Notes: a model not told the origin generated them from the letters alone. A DNA stretch of 64,000 nt from Candidatus Nanoarchaeia archaeon (GCA_049288015.1 JBAQGX010000004.1:7146-71145), one strand, 5' to 3'; positions 36,434 to 45,285 are shown, counted from the first letter of the stretch. Made by a program: numbers and translations.

Positions 36434-37360
36434 TTAATCTTTTTCACTTTCTTCTGATTTAGTCTCTAAATCTATACTACTGTTCCCTGTTATTGCTGAG
36501 TCTACAAGTTTGGCCATAACCCCCATAAATTCATTTGTCCTATCTTGCCACATATCAATCTCGACACCCTTCATATCACCTAATTCCCCATGAGAAATCT
36601 TTTTGTATAAAAATAATAAGTCTCTATACCAAGTTACATACTTCATCTTCAAACTTCCTTCACTTACAAATGTTTCCTTTAAATTTAAAGGAATATGTTC
36701 TGGTGAAGGGGGAAGAATATTTCTTGAAATAAGTGCTGCATGGGCCGAATCTACCATTGCCCAGTACAATCCATCAATTGCGCCAAGTTCTGAAGTTTTA
36801 CTCCTTAGAAAGTGTTGAGGTGCTCTTTGAAGACAACTATAAACAGCTTCAGGAGTAGATCTTATTTTTCCCTTGAGAAGCAAAAATTTAAGTGGTTCAA
36901 AAAATCCTCCAAAATCGATTATTGACTCTCCATATCTTATTACATTAATAATTACGGGATCGCCCCTCATCAAATCTTCCCACCAAGTGCTCAATTTTAC
37001 TGTATTTATATGTAAGTTCTTTTTGTATGGATTTCTTCTTAACAATTTATCCAACTCTTCCCTATACCAGGCGATAAGTTCCTGATCCCAATCTATTGAT
37101 ACATCATCTATTATAATTATTATATCGATATCTGAACCTGGAACAGTGGTTTGTTTTGCTGTTGAGCCAAAAAGTACAACTGATTTAACAATTTTATTAA
37201 ATCTCTCATAAGCCTTTGTTGCAAAGTCCATTGCAATTTCAGAATCTTTTGTTATGTTAAGAGTCGGAAATTCTTTTGGACTAGCCAATTTTTTAACAGA
37301 CCTTACTTTATAAGGGAGTTTTTTATTTGGCAATTTAGAATGTGCTTTTCTTTTCACCAT
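36434..37360 (-). CDS. Nucleotidyltransferase-domain protein (pol-beta-type NTase + helical C-terminal domain)
   Basis: LFGSTAKQTTVPGSDIDIIIIIDD NTase motif. GDPVIINVIRYGESIIDFGGFFEPLKFLLLKGKIRSTPEA is paralogous to the 602-aa protein. Confidence 0.6.
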   Translation of the reverse strand: MVKRKAHSKLPNKKLPYKVRSVKKLASPKEFPTLNITKDSEIAMDFATKAYERFNKIVKSVVLFGSTAKQTTVPGSDIDIIIIIDDVSIDWDQELIAWYREELDKLLRRNPYKKNLHINTVKLSTWWEDLMRGDPVIINVIRYGESIIDFGGFFEPLKFLLLKGKIRSTPEAVYSCLQRAPQHFLRSKTSELGAIDGLYWAMVDSAHAALISRNILPPSPEHIPLNLKETFVSEGSLKMKYVTWYRDLLFLYKKISHGELGDMKGVEIDMWQDRTNEFMGVMAKLVDSAITGNSSIDLETKSEESEKD

Positions 37361-37417
37361 CTTATTGTTATAGTAAACTCAGCCGGTTTTTAAATATTTT
37401 CGAAAATATATTTTAGA

Positions 37418-37684
37418 CTACTTCCTTTTAATTAATAAAACCAATGAAGCTAAAAATGAAATAGCTCCAATCAAACCTAGAAGTATATTTTTCCCTACGG
37501 CTGTTCCGATAACCCCTCCATTTAAATTCATACCTGAAGAGGCAATCAAAGCAACTCCAAGTACTCCTAAGATTAGTGCTATAATTTTCTCATGACTGAC
37601 ATAAGTTTCTATTCCTTGAATAAATTTTTTATAATTATTTTTATTCTTTCGCACAGACCTTACTCCTCTTTTTGATTTTGCCAT
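37418..37684 (-). CDS. Small membrane protein (2 hydrophobic helices)
   Basis: Basic N-terminus (KSKRGVRSVRKNKNN) then two Gly-rich helices. Last gene of the 41411->37418 minus-strand operon. Confidence 0.5.
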   Translation of the reverse strand: MAKSKRGVRSVRKNKNNYKKFIQGIETYVSHEKIIALILGVLGVALIASSGMNLNGGVIGTAVGKNILLGLIGAISFLASLVLLIKRK

Positions 37685-37715
37685 TGTACAATTATTATAA
37701 TGTTAGTTAATATAT

Positions 37716-39470
37716 TTATTCCATAGGAGTTCCAGACATTCTGCTTCTTCCTGTTTGTTTTTGTCCTCCAAGCTCTACTGGAAGCGATGAAAATCCAGAA
37801 CCCATAGTTTCGTAATTTCCCTGTGGAAGCATTTGCCCGTAACCTCCAAAATATCCCTGAACTCCAACTGACTGATTCCAGTAGGGAGCCATTTTCATCC
37901 CATAAATAGGAGAACCAAATGCTTCAAGAGTTTCTTGGAACGGAGACGTTTTGAAATGCTGCCACCAATTTCCTGCTTCAATAACCTTCCTTGCTTCAAA
38001 CCCTTTTTCACCCAACTTCTCCATTATTTGTTTTATTGGAACATTTCCCATACCCATAGGTAATTCTGTATGTTCAAATCCAAAATTATCAGATAGATGT
38101 ATATGCTTGACAAAAGGTGCAACTTTTTCAGATTCCTTGATAATATCTTCTTCATTATATCCATACTTTCTAATCATATTAATGTGACCAACATCCCAAG
38201 TTACACCAATCAATTTGTTTGCCTGTTCTCTTGCTTCCTTTTCATTTATTCCTGATTGTTTCGCACCTTCAACAAATTTATCCCTCGCAGTATCAACGAG
38301 TCTTTTCAAATCTTCTGCTCTTGACAAACCCCCTCCTGCAGGAGGATTTTCAATACTTATTATTGGTGCGGTATTTTTGAATTCTTTATAAGAATTTAAC
38401 GCAACATTAGCAAAAGTTATCGCTGTTTTATCAATTGCAAAATCTTCAAGAGGTTTGTAAATTTCCGGAACAGGTGCAGAGCTTAATCCTCTCATTAGCC
38501 TATCTATTGCCCTGGACTCTCCCGAAAGACCTGCTCCCTCATTTTCTTTAAGAGACTTCCTGAAATCATCGGAAATTTTTATCATAACTTCTTTGTCTCC
38601 ATATTTATACCCTTTTTCAAATATATTATTCAAATGTTTATGGATTTCGTGCAGTTCAAGCCCGGCATTATTATATCTGGAATAAGTATCTCTTTCGGTT
38701 GGAGTCAAATTTTCTGGTTTTATTCCCGAACTTAACTTTTTCTGTATCTCATAAAAAATAGGTTCAGTTTCACCTATCATTCTGTCTGCTCTCTCTTTTA
38801 TTGCAACCAAATTTGATATTGAATCATTCCATTCTGTTGAATTCCTAATTTCCACCTGATCTTTTGCACTGACTTCATAACCCGCGTTTAGCTCTTCTTG
38901 ATTCATACGGGGATAGTATAGTGTCTCTTGCCTTGCAGCAGCCACTTGACCAGTCTCTTGGTTAATAACAGGAATCATAACAATTTGTTCCTCTTTTTTT
39001 GTTTTCTTATACTCTGGACCTGCCCATCCGTTAGATGAATGAAAAGTAATTGGAATATTTCCCTCTGGGCTAAGCTCGTGGCCTCTTCTAACATTTGAAA
39101 GCAACTGTCTCTCCGCTTCTTCCCTTGCATACTCGCTATATCCCCCTTGTGTCGAGAATCCGGAAGGCTCAACCAAGATCCCATGAAGAGAAATATCAAC
39201 TCCGGTAAGCTTACTTAATCTTTTTACTTCTGTTAGTTGTTGATTTGGAATTGATTCAAAAACATCTGGTTGAATTGCAGAAATTTCAATTTCTTTTGCT
39301 CCAGACTGCAATTTCGTCGAGACTTCACTAAGAATATTTGCAACTCTTGGATCTGTTGCCATTCCAAATTGCCCTGCATTGGGTCTCCCTCCTTTGTAAT
39401 ACATCCCAGAATTTGAATCTAAAGAGGAATATCCTCCCTGATAAATATCTTCTATATGATAATCACCCAT
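37716..39470 (-). CDS. Xylose-isomerase-like TIM-barrel (AP endonuclease 2 family fold) protein with large insertion and G/Q/Y-rich tail
   Basis: GAKEIEISA...GVDISLHG, VTWDVGHINM and VKHIHLSDNFGFEHTELPMGMGNVPIKQIMEKL match the metal-binding strand pattern of sugar-phosphate isomerase/epimerase/EndoIV-type TIM barrels. About 230 aa are inserted between the halves. Confidence 0.55.
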   Translation of the reverse strand: MGDYHIEDIYQGGYSSLDSNSGMYYKGGRPNAGQFGMATDPRVANILSEVSTKLQSGAKEIEISAIQPDVFESIPNQQLTEVKRLSKLTGVDISLHGILVEPSGFSTQGGYSEYAREEAERQLLSNVRRGHELSPEGNIPITFHSSNGWAGPEYKKTKKEEQIVMIPVINQETGQVAAARQETLYYPRMNQEELNAGYEVSAKDQVEIRNSTEWNDSISNLVAIKERADRMIGETEPIFYEIQKKLSSGIKPENLTPTERDTYSRYNNAGLELHEIHKHLNNIFEKGYKYGDKEVMIKISDDFRKSLKENEGAGLSGESRAIDRLMRGLSSAPVPEIYKPLEDFAIDKTAITFANVALNSYKEFKNTAPIISIENPPAGGGLSRAEDLKRLVDTARDKFVEGAKQSGINEKEAREQANKLIGVTWDVGHINMIRKYGYNEEDIIKESEKVAPFVKHIHLSDNFGFEHTELPMGMGNVPIKQIMEKLGEKGFEARKVIEAGNWWQHFKTSPFQETLEAFGSPIYGMKMAPYWNQSVGVQGYFGGYGQMLPQGNYETMGSGFSSLPVELGGQKQTGRSRMSGTPME

Positions 39471-39508
39471 TTTGTTCTTTTTTAATTAATGAATTTTAAT
39501 TTATTAAT

Positions 39509-39931
39509 CTATTTGTTATCTTCCTTTGAATTCTCTTTTGAACCCTTCTTCTCTGAATAAACTCCTGGTGTTTCTTCGTTGTATTTGTGCTCTGTATATT
39601 TCTTGTCATATTTATTGCTGGAATAAATTTTTCCTTTTGACTCTCTATCTTTTAATCTAGGGGCAAATATGACTCCACTTTCCAAGGGGCTTTGTACTGC
39701 AATATTATCATGAGACTTTCCTGTTATAAGTATCCTAGAAAAATCTTCTTGGAAACCAATTTCGATATCGTCATCAAATTCATCGTCAATAAATTCTTCT
39801 TGGGATATTTCTTTCTTGTCTGGTTTTATCTCAATTATTTTATTTTTCCTAATTTCGCTTTCCAGACTCTGTTTTTTAGGAATGATCTGAACTTTTTCTT
39901 TCTTAGAACTCTTTTTGTTTGCTTTCTTCAT
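39509..39931 (-). CDS. Lys/Glu/Asp-rich, probably disordered protein
   Basis: The ATG at 39931 (MKKANKKSSKKEK...) lies 1 nt after the stop of the upstream 492-aa gene. Low-complexity charged sequence. Confidence 0.45.
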   Translation of the reverse strand: MKKANKKSSKKEKVQIIPKKQSLESEIRKNKIIEIKPDKKEISQEEFIDDEFDDDIEIGFQEDFSRILITGKSHDNIAVQSPLESGVIFAPRLKDRESKGKIYSSNKYDKKYTEHKYNEETPGVYSEKKGSKENSKEDNK

Positions 39932-39932
39932 A

Positions 39933-41411
39933 TTAAGGATAACTTGGCATTCCGTGTGCTTTTTTGTAAATATCAAATAAAGTGAAAGTAGTATCTGTTG
40001 CACTTTTATCAACTATGGGCCTAAGGAGATTTTTCTCAATATAATTTTCAGGCTTCGCAAACTTTATTTCCTCTTTATTTGATTTTGGACCAGAACTAGA
40101 ATTTGCACTTGATTTATTATAAAACCCTAACATGGCCAAAAATGGATTTGACATATCTTTACCTTTTTCTTGTTTCTTTTCTGCATTATCCTCTTCTTTA
40201 AGAAATTCATCAATATCTCCCTGCAACTCCTCAAGACTTCCTGTAGTTGCACCTTCTATTAATTTTAACGCATCTTCAACATCTGACTTTGTGAGTTCAT
40301 TATTCATAAGATCTAATTCTTCGCTATTCAAAGAGTATGCTGAAAATGTTATTTCTGTTCTTCCTCCAAAAACATAATGAGATTGATAAGGAGAAGTTTT
40401 CTGAGGAATTCCTCTAAAATTAAATTCAACAATAATACAACTGCTGTAAGATCTTTTCAATTCTTTTTTTTCATCCATTATAAGAATCTCTTTTGGAAGT
40501 TTTCCTTCTTCAACAGCGCCTTTTAAATCTAGTTTTGATTTTCCTAATAAAGTAAGCTCAAGAAGGATTGTATTAAATGATTTAACAAGTGAAGCTTGTC
40601 GAGAGTTATCTTTCATCTCCAACTGTTGAGCCGCTTTCAAATAAGGTTTTGCCCAACGTGCATATAATTTTACGCTGTTGACTTGACTTTTCAAATACTT
40701 TCTTTCAATTTCATATCTTTTCTTTAGTTCTTTTTCAGATTCGGAAAGCCAAAGATTAAATTCGCTTATTCTCTGTTTTAATATTCTTTTTACTCTATCA
40801 TTCAAATCAACTTTATCTGCCTGTTTTTCATCTTGAACGAACAGAAAAGCATCTACTAAAGTTTGATATCCCATCTGTCCACCAAAGGCCATAGCTTTCA
40901 TGCTAGAATTTCCTTTGCTAATATCTACTTTATCCATCCATATTTGCTTAAGTGATAGCAAAGCAGCTTCTTTCAAGTCCTTGTCCTGTGATTTTAAATT
41001 GTCATAACCTTCGATTCTTATTTTAAACTCTTTTAAGTCATAGACTAAATTCAAAATACTTCTCACAACATTATTTATATCTCCTAAAATTTTTGTTGCC
41101 TGCTGCTGCATTATCGTTGCTCTTTGTCCGAGTTCTGCAAAGTGTCCGCTTCCAGGAGAAGATGTAAAATTATCAAATAGTTTTTCCGGTGAAAGTCTCA
41201 TATCAGTCATAAGGTCAAGGAGAAAAAAATAAATTGGTTCAAGGGTTTCTGCAGAAGAATCATAAACTAACTGATGTTTAGACAAGGGCTTTGGATCAAC
41301 TTCATCCGCAGGAATTTTATCGGGAGTGATATATTTTTTCAGAAGCTCATCTTTGTTTTTGGCATAAAGATATGGATTAACTTTACCAATGATCTGATGG
41401 ATTGATGCCAT
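39933..41411 (-). CDS. Hypothetical 492-aa protein (helical/coiled-coil centre), no recognisable family
   Basis: Long ORF with coding-like composition. First gene of a tightly spaced four-gene minus-strand operon. Confidence 0.55.
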   Translation of the reverse strand: MASIHQIIGKVNPYLYAKNKDELLKKYITPDKIPADEVDPKPLSKHQLVYDSSAETLEPIYFFLLDLMTDMRLSPEKLFDNFTSSPGSGHFAELGQRATIMQQQATKILGDINNVVRSILNLVYDLKEFKIRIEGYDNLKSQDKDLKEAALLSLKQIWMDKVDISKGNSSMKAMAFGGQMGYQTLVDAFLFVQDEKQADKVDLNDRVKRILKQRISEFNLWLSESEKELKKRYEIERKYLKSQVNSVKLYARWAKPYLKAAQQLEMKDNSRQASLVKSFNTILLELTLLGKSKLDLKGAVEEGKLPKEILIMDEKKELKRSYSSCIIVEFNFRGIPQKTSPYQSHYVFGGRTEITFSAYSLNSEELDLMNNELTKSDVEDALKLIEGATTGSLEELQGDIDEFLKEEDNAEKKQEKGKDMSNPFLAMLGFYNKSSANSSSGPKSNKEEIKFAKPENYIEKNLLRPIVDKSATDTTFTLFDIYKKAHGMPSYP

Positions 41412-41472
41412 TTGTAGAATAATACTTCTGTGTTTAAAAAATATTCTCCCGCAATAATTTTAAAAATAGTAT

Positions 41473-41883
41473 ATGCATCTTACTACTATGAGTTTGTTTA
41501 GCAAAAGTAAGGATAAAACGGTTGATTTTACAGGGAGATATGATAGACAAAAAGAGAAGATGGAAAACATCCAAGGACTCATGAGTAAAGTTCAAGGAAA
41601 AGTTATTATTGCTACACCTTCTCCTGCAGTAACTCCACAAGTATCAACTACCCCAAATAGTTTTGGATTTCTGGGGCAGATGGCTGCAGCATCAATGAGT
41701 TCTGGATCACAAATGTCTTCCTACCCTGAAGTAGATGAAAATTCGGATGACAAGAAAAAAAAATTAGCTACCAGGCTTATGGACATTACCGAGAAGCTAG
41801 AAGATCTTTCAACTCAAATTTATCACCTTCAACAAAGGGTTGAATTATTAGAAAGGAAAACAAAGAGCAGCGGTTTTGACTAA
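41473..41883 (+). CDS. Hypothetical protein with C-terminal coiled coil
   Basis: S/T/P-rich middle and a heptad-like C-terminus (KKLATRLMDITEKLEDLSTQIYHLQQRVELLERK). Divergent from the 41411 operon. Confidence 0.45.
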   Translation: MHLTTMSLFSKSKDKTVDFTGRYDRQKEKMENIQGLMSKVQGKVIIATPSPAVTPQVSTTPNSFGFLGQMAAASMSSGSQMSSYPEVDENSDDKKKKLATRLMDITEKLEDLSTQIYHLQQRVELLERKTKSSGFD

Positions 41884-41884
41884 A

Positions 41885-41892
41885 TTTATAAA
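41885..41892 (+). promoter_or_regulatory. TATA box (TTTATAAA) 22 nt upstream of the ATG at 41914
   Basis: Exact octamer. It supports the ATG at 41914 rather than the TTG at 41899 as the gltX start. Confidence 0.45.
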
Positions 41893-41913
41893 TTCTGATT
41901 GTTTTTCACGATA

Positions 41914-43116
41914 ATGAAGAACTTTGATGAGATAACAAGAGCTTATGCAATAAAGAATGCCTTATCCTATGAGGGTAAAGCACAAATTGGTAGCGTTATT
42001 TCTTCTTTATTCCATGAAGGATTAAAGAAAGAGGATATGAAGAAATATGGAAAGGAAATTTCTAAAATAGTTGATGAAGTTAATTCATTATCTTTAGAAG
42101 ATCAGAAGAAAGAATTTGAAAAGATAAAAGATTTTACTAGCGAGAGGCCATCAAGAGAAGGACTTCCTGAACTCCCAGATGTTCCAAAAACTGGAATTGT
42201 AACAAGATTCAGGCCTTCGCCATCCGGACCATTACATGTTGGGCATCTTATTTCAAATTTAATCTCATCATTGTATGTTAAAAAGTATGGTGGGAAATTT
42301 TATGTTATAATTGATGATACAAATCCCCAGACAATTGTTCCAGAGTCGTACAAAAAAATAAAGGATGACTGTGATTGGGTCTTTGGAAATGTGTATCAGT
42401 ATCTTAATGCTTCAGACAGAATAGAATCATATTACAAGTTTGCTGAAGAACTAATTGAAAAGAAAGCAGCTTATGTATGCACCTGCAGTTCAAATAATTT
42501 CAAAGAGTATATTGAAAAGGAAGAAAATTGCCCCTGTAGAAAATTAACTGTTAAACAAAATTTAGAAAGGTGGAAAAGAATGCTTGATAAAAATGGATTT
42601 GGAGAGGGCGAAGCCGTCCTAAGATTCAAATCTGATATGAAACATAAAAATCCTGCAATGAGAGACTTTCCGCTAGCAAGAATAAATGAGACAGAACATC
42701 CTTTGCAAAAAAACAAATACAGAGTGTGGCCTCTTATGAATCTTGCAGTTGTGGCCGATGATATTGAACTTAAGATGACCCATATTATAAGAGGCAAGGA
42801 TCACCGTGACAATGCGGAAAGGCAAAGAATGATATACAAAGTTTTCAATAAAAAATTCCCATGGACTTTTTTTATTGGAAGAATTAAATTTACTGACTTA
42901 ATATTATCCAAGAGAAAATTAACTGCAGCAATTGAAAGTGGAGAATTTTCCGGAGAAGAAGATGAGAGATTACCAACTATCGCCTCCTTGAGAAAGAGAG
43001 GATATAAACCAGAAGCTTTTGCAAAGTTCGTCGAGCAAAGAGGTCTGACAGAAGTTGATAAGGTCATTGGAAGCAAAGAATTCTTTCAAGTTATTGATCA
43101 ATTCAGTAAAAACTAG
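41914..43116 (+). CDS. gltX: Glutamyl-tRNA synthetase, archaeal type, lacking the C-terminal anticodon-binding domain
   Basis: Archaeal GluRS N-terminal helical domain (AIKNALSYEGKAQIGSVISSL), HIGH motif (RFRPSPSGPLHVGHL), THIIRGKDH and KMSKS-like LSKRK. The ORF stops about 65 aa after KMSKS, where full-length archaeal GluRS continues for about 170 aa. Confidence 0.8.
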   Translation: MKNFDEITRAYAIKNALSYEGKAQIGSVISSLFHEGLKKEDMKKYGKEISKIVDEVNSLSLEDQKKEFEKIKDFTSERPSREGLPELPDVPKTGIVTRFRPSPSGPLHVGHLISNLISSLYVKKYGGKFYVIIDDTNPQTIVPESYKKIKDDCDWVFGNVYQYLNASDRIESYYKFAEELIEKKAAYVCTCSSNNFKEYIEKEENCPCRKLTVKQNLERWKRMLDKNGFGEGEAVLRFKSDMKHKNPAMRDFPLARINETEHPLQKNKYRVWPLMNLAVVADDIELKMTHIIRGKDHRDNAERQRMIYKVFNKKFPWTFFIGRIKFTDLILSKRKLTAAIESGEFSGEEDERLPTIASLRKRGYKPEAFAKFVEQRGLTEVDKVIGSKEFFQVIDQFSKN

Positions 43117-43160
43117 AAAAGTTTTTAAATAGAATGTTTCTTGTATACATAACTTGAAGG

Positions 43161-43622
43161 GTGAAAATGAAAAAAAATAAGAGAGGTATTTCTTCGATAA
43201 TCGCTACATTAATCTTGATTCTATTAACTATTGTTCTTGTAGGAATAGTTTGGATTGTTGTAAATAACATTGTTAATACATCAACTAAGCAAGTTAACTC
43301 TGGTGCTCAATGCCTAAACTCTGCAGTTGAAGTTACTTCTGCATCTTGTAATGCAACTTATTGTAATGTAACAATTCAAAGAACACTTGGAACGGACAAC
43401 ATATCTGGAGTAAGGTTAATTTTCACAAATGCATCGCAGGACAGTAATATATCTGACGTTTCAGGGAATATATTAACATTGGCTTCTACATCTCAGCCAA
43501 ATATATTTGAAGGTATATCCAGTGTTAATGAAGTTGACGCAGCTGTATATTTCACAGATGCAGCAGGGAATAAGAATCCATGTAGTGGAGCTGCAAAATA
43601 CAACACTGTTCAACAGTTTTAA
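43161..43622 (+). CDS. Archaeal type IV pilin-like protein (class III signal peptide)
   Basis: MKMKKNKRGISSIIATLILILLTIVLVGIVWIVV has a KRG | ISSIIA + hydrophobic helix, like the 10860 protein. Confidence 0.7.
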   Translation: MKMKKNKRGISSIIATLILILLTIVLVGIVWIVVNNIVNTSTKQVNSGAQCLNSAVEVTSASCNATYCNVTIQRTLGTDNISGVRLIFTNASQDSNISDVSGNILTLASTSQPNIFEGISSVNEVDAAVYFTDAAGNKNPCSGAAKYNTVQQF

Positions 43623-43658
43623 TTCTTTAATTTTATACGTTCAATGGGCTTTGCACAT

Positions 43659-43958
43659 TTAGTTAAGATGTAATTGTGCAATAAAATCTTGAAACTGTGC
43701 AAAATTAATATCTATTCCTAAAAGCAAAAGCTCCTGGCACAGAACACAAAGGTTGTGACAGACCATCCTGGAAAGAAGATCATTCTTTATGCCCGTCTCA
43801 TTCCTCATGTTTGTCACATCTCCGAAGCGCTGCTTGATCATAAAGAATCCAGATTCCGCATTCGACCTTAAATGATATTTCTTCATAAATAATTCATTGT
43901 TATCTTCAAAGAACTTATGCATCTCCCGTTCAATGAGAATCTTTTTATAGTATTTCTT
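43659..43958 (-). mobile_element. IS4/IS5-family DDE transposase, C-terminal fragment only (pseudogene)
   Basis: KKYHLRSNAESGFFMIKQRFG carries the Y-x2-R-x3-E signature surrounding the catalytic Glu of IS4/IS5 transposases. The open frame ends at a TAG 12 codons upstream of the Met and abuts tRNA-His. No DD part or terminal repeats seen. Confidence 0.6.
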
Positions 43959-43972
43959 CTACAATTTTCCAT

Positions 43973-44044
43973 GGTGGATGTAGTTCAGTGGCAGAACGCA
44001 CGACTGTGGCTCGTGTAACGCGAGTTCGATTCTCGCTTTCCACC
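43973..44044 (+). tRNA. tRNA-His(GUG) with genome-encoded G-1
   Basis: Hand-folded. G-1 opposite discriminator C73. Acceptor GTGGATG/TTTCCAC (one U-U mismatch). D arm GTTC-AGTGGCA-GAAC. Anticodon arm CACGA-CTGTGGC-TCGTG. T arm GCGAG-TTCGATT-CTCGC. Confidence 0.8.
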
Positions 44045-44098
44045 CTCTATTTTGAAAAAGTATAAAAGCTGAAAATACTACTCTTATTCAAGAGGAAA

Positions 44099-45241
44099 AT
44101 GACAAGCGAATTAGTCAAGGGATTCAGGGATTTTACGGGGGAAGAAGCAGAAAAAATTGCCGAAATAAAGAAGATAATTTTAAAGAATTTCGAGAAGTAT
44201 GGATTCCAACCTGCAGAAACTCCCGTTATTGAACACGAAGATTTTGTTGAAGGAGAAAATGGAAAGGATGAAGCCGTTTCAGATATATTCAAGTTAAAGG
44301 ATAGAGGGAAAAGAAGCCTTGCATTAAGATATGAATTTACTTTCCAACTTAAGAGGTTAATGAATAATAAGAAGCTTCCTTACAAAAGATATGAAATGGG
44401 TCCTGTTTTTCGTGATGAACCTGTTTCTTTAAACAGATTGAGACAGTTTACACAGTGTGATGTTGATATTATTGGAACTTCTGAAATTCAAACAAGAGAT
44501 GAGGCAGAAATACTCTCACTTACAGATGATATTCTTAGAGAACTGAACATAAAGCATATTATTCTTATTAATAGCAGGAAGCTTCTTAATGAAATACTTG
44601 ATGATCTAAAAATAAAAAACAAAAGAGAAGATATTCTTAGAGAAGTTGATAAATTTGATAAACTGTCTGAAAAAGAAATAAGAGAAAATTTGAAAAAGCT
44701 TAAGGCAGAAAAAATAATTGACGCATTAAAGCAGAAAGAGGATTATTTCAACAAGTTTGAGGGGTATAAAGATATTATTAGCCTTATTGATTATTGTAGA
44801 ATTTACGGAATGGAAGTAAAGTTTTCCCCGACTCTTATAAGAGGGTTGAGTTATTATAACGGAATGGTATTTGAAACAAAGGCAGAAGGAATAAAAGAAA
44901 CAATAATTGCAGGAGGAAGTTATAAGTTCAATGATGTTCAATGTACTGGAATTTCTTTCGGGATAGAAAGGCTTTCGATTGTTTCGAATGTTAAGTTAGA
45001 TAAGGAAAAATATCTTGTTGTTTCACTTGGAGAAGATAGAGACTCAATAAAGCTTGCCCAAAAAATTAGAAGAGAAAATAAAGAAGTTTCAATATTCTAT
45101 GGAAAACCAACAAAAGCACTTGAATATGCAAATTCATACAAACTTAACAAAGTTATTTTTGTTGGTGAAAAAGAAGTTCATTCTGGTAAATTTAAGGTAA
45201 AAGATATGAACTCAGGAAAAGAATCAGATCTAAAAATTTAA
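44099..45241 (+). CDS. hisS: Histidyl-tRNA synthetase
   Basis: Class II motifs: GFRDFTGEEA, LRYEFT, MGPVFRDE, RQFTQCDVDIIG and GISFGIERL, plus a C-terminal anticodon-binding domain. Confidence 0.9.
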   Translation: MTSELVKGFRDFTGEEAEKIAEIKKIILKNFEKYGFQPAETPVIEHEDFVEGENGKDEAVSDIFKLKDRGKRSLALRYEFTFQLKRLMNNKKLPYKRYEMGPVFRDEPVSLNRLRQFTQCDVDIIGTSEIQTRDEAEILSLTDDILRELNIKHIILINSRKLLNEILDDLKIKNKREDILREVDKFDKLSEKEIRENLKKLKAEKIIDALKQKEDYFNKFEGYKDIISLIDYCRIYGMEVKFSPTLIRGLSYYNGMVFETKAEGIKETIIAGGSYKFNDVQCTGISFGIERLSIVSNVKLDKEKYLVVSLGEDRDSIKLAQKIRRENKEVSIFYGKPTKALEYANSYKLNKVIFVGEKEVHSGKFKVKDMNSGKESDLKI

Positions 45242-45256
45242 TTACCAAAAAATAAG

Positions 45257-45264
45257 TTTATAAA
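45257..45264 (+). promoter_or_regulatory. TATA box (TTTATAAA) 22 nt upstream of the ATG at 45286
   Basis: Exact octamer. Confidence 0.45.
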
Positions 45265-45285
45265 TTCTTAATATCTTTCTCTGTT

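Noticed and set aside
44047-44292. 81-aa minus-strand ORF overlapping the hisS 5' end
   Set aside because: It is antisense to hisS and begins right at the tRNA-His boundary. There is no supporting signal.
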